Below are positions 7,312-8,078 of a DNA stretch of 8,078 bases, in pieces. A program made the translations under genes and the position numbers. Below the pieces are notes generated by a model that had not been told where the DNA came from, ran no database searches, and saw only the letters and a list, made by a program, of their open reading frames with translations. This DNA comes from a virus (lineage: Duplodnaviria > Heunggongvirae > Uroviricota > Caudoviricetes): the IMG/VR virus record IMGVR_UViG_2606217173_000005. One strand, given 5' to 3'. The stretch's first letter is position 1, and each line of letters starts with the position of its first letter.

Positions 7312-7617
7312 ATGATTATGGTCTGTTCAACATTCAACCCTCTAACGTTACAGAAATACCAGCCAGACCCTGAAGATTTATGCTCACTGTGTGGCGGAAA
7401 TCATGGCAAAGCCGCCATGATCGAATGTAAGGACAAAATCCACATATGCCTTAATTGCGTTGATGTCCTCGTTGATATCAAAAATGAGAGAGAAGATAAA
7501 AAGCGTAGCGAGGCTGTTCGCGCCTTAGATTCATGGATGCGAGATGGGTATAGTGCCGCGCAAATTTATGACTTAGCCATTTCAAAAGGCGAAATACCAG
7601 GTGTGCGAATCGAATAA
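7312..7617 (+). CDS. Hypothetical protein with CxxC...C...CxxC zinc-finger-like motif (101 aa)
   Basis: ORF with Cys pattern CSLCGG...C...CLNC; weak RBS; starts directly after the tandem terminators. Confidence 0.6.
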   Translation: MIMVCSTFNPLTLQKYQPDPEDLCSLCGGNHGKAAMIECKDKIHICLNCVDVLVDIKNEREDKKRSEAVRALDSWMRDGYSAAQIYDLAISKGEIPGVRIE

Positions 7618-7652
7618 GAAGCGCACTCAAGCATCTTTTGGAGAAATCACAA

Positions 7653-7820
7653 ATGCACTTCCGAGTCACAGGAGAATGGAATGGAGAGCCATTCAACAGA
7701 GTTATCGAAGCAGAGAACATCAACGACTGCTATGCCCACTGGATGCTGTGGGCGCAGATAGCACATGCAGACGTAACCAATATTTGTATTGAAGAACTGA
7801 AAGAACACCAAGCCGCCTGA
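7653..7820 (+). CDS. Hypothetical small protein (55 aa)
   Basis: GGAG at 7640-7643 then ATG at 7653; its stop codon lies in the loop of the downstream terminator hairpin. Confidence 0.5.
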   Translation: MHFRVTGEWNGEPFNRVIEAENINDCYAHWMLWAQIAHADVTNICIEELKEHQAA

Positions 7821-7832
7821 TGGCGGTTTTTT
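7812..7832 (+). terminator. Intrinsic (rho-independent) terminator
   Basis: GC stem ccgcc (7813-7817) / ggcgg (7822-7826), 4-nt loop, then six T (7827-7832). Confidence 0.65.
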
Positions 7833-7877
7833 ATTACCTGATTTGCAGGTTCGATTCCCTATTTGGAGATAGCACTC

Positions 7878-8078
7878 ATGCAACACGAACTACAGCCTGA
7901 TTCACTGGTTGATTTGAAATTCATCATGGCCGATACTGGCTTCGGTAAAACCTTCATCTATGACCGGATTAAGTCCGGCGACCTGCCAAAAGCCAAAGTT
8001 ATCCACGGGCGAGCAAGATGGTTATATCGTGACCATTGTGAATTCAAAAATAAGCTCTTAAGCCGCGCCAATGGGTAA
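7878..8078 (+). CDS. torI: Excisionase / recombination directionality factor of the Xis-AlpA-TorI winged-helix family
   Basis: 66-aa ORF MQHELQPDSLVDLKFIMADTGFGKTFIYDRIKSGDLPKAKVIHGRARWLYRDHCEF...; the pattern F-x-Y-x-x-I-x-x-G-x-hPK-x-x-K-x-G-x-x-x-RW is typical of AlpA/Xis-type excisionases; length and sequence match my recollection of TorI of prophage KplE1 (CPS-53), not database-verified; GGAG at 7865-7868 precedes the ATG at 7878. Confidence 0.75.
   Translation: MQHELQPDSLVDLKFIMADTGFGKTFIYDRIKSGDLPKAKVIHGRARWLYRDHCEFKNKLLSRANG

Noticed and set aside
7840-7862. A functional tRNA gene suggested by the GGTTCGATTCC T-loop motif
   Set aside because: Flanking bases cannot form a T-stem (only 2 of 5 pairs) and there is no acceptor stem or anticodon arm; retained only as a possible att-core-like fragment.
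7638-7877. Longer start variants: TTG at 7638 for the 55-aa ORF and TTG at 7863 for the excisionase
   Set aside because: In both cases an in-frame ATG a few codons downstream has a correctly spaced GGAG; the TTG starts lack one.
6490-7886. Minus-strand ORFs 6490..6723, 6756..7139, 7478..7723, 7647..7886 and plus-strand 7601..7792
   Set aside because: They are antisense or off-frame to better-supported genes; 7647..7886 would run through the terminator and the excisionase start region.

Overview
The window reads as the early-left (pL-type) arm of a lambdoid, KplE1/P22-like prophage, with all phage genes on the + strand. An IS5 element (1-1049, transposase on the - strand, far end off-window) is inserted at a CTAG site and appears to split a phage ORF. 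Downstream lie a 322-aa protein with a long E/R/K/A-rich helical region, a CIII-like FtsH-inhibitor peptide overlapped by a Kil-position micro-ORF, and a Sak4-like ATPase with an SSB-like partner. A run of about eleven tightly coupled accessory genes follows (4007-7246), then tandem intrinsic terminators, two more small ORFs, a third terminator and a TorI/Xis-type excisionase ending at the window edge. No rRNA, functional tRNA or CRISPR array is present. I could not recognise any known defence system; the best candidates for something undescribed are the unassignable accessory genes, especially the small-membrane-protein/DUF551/membrane-protein trio and the Cys-rich micro-ORF before the terminators. 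All family assignments are from reading the translations and from memory, with no database search.
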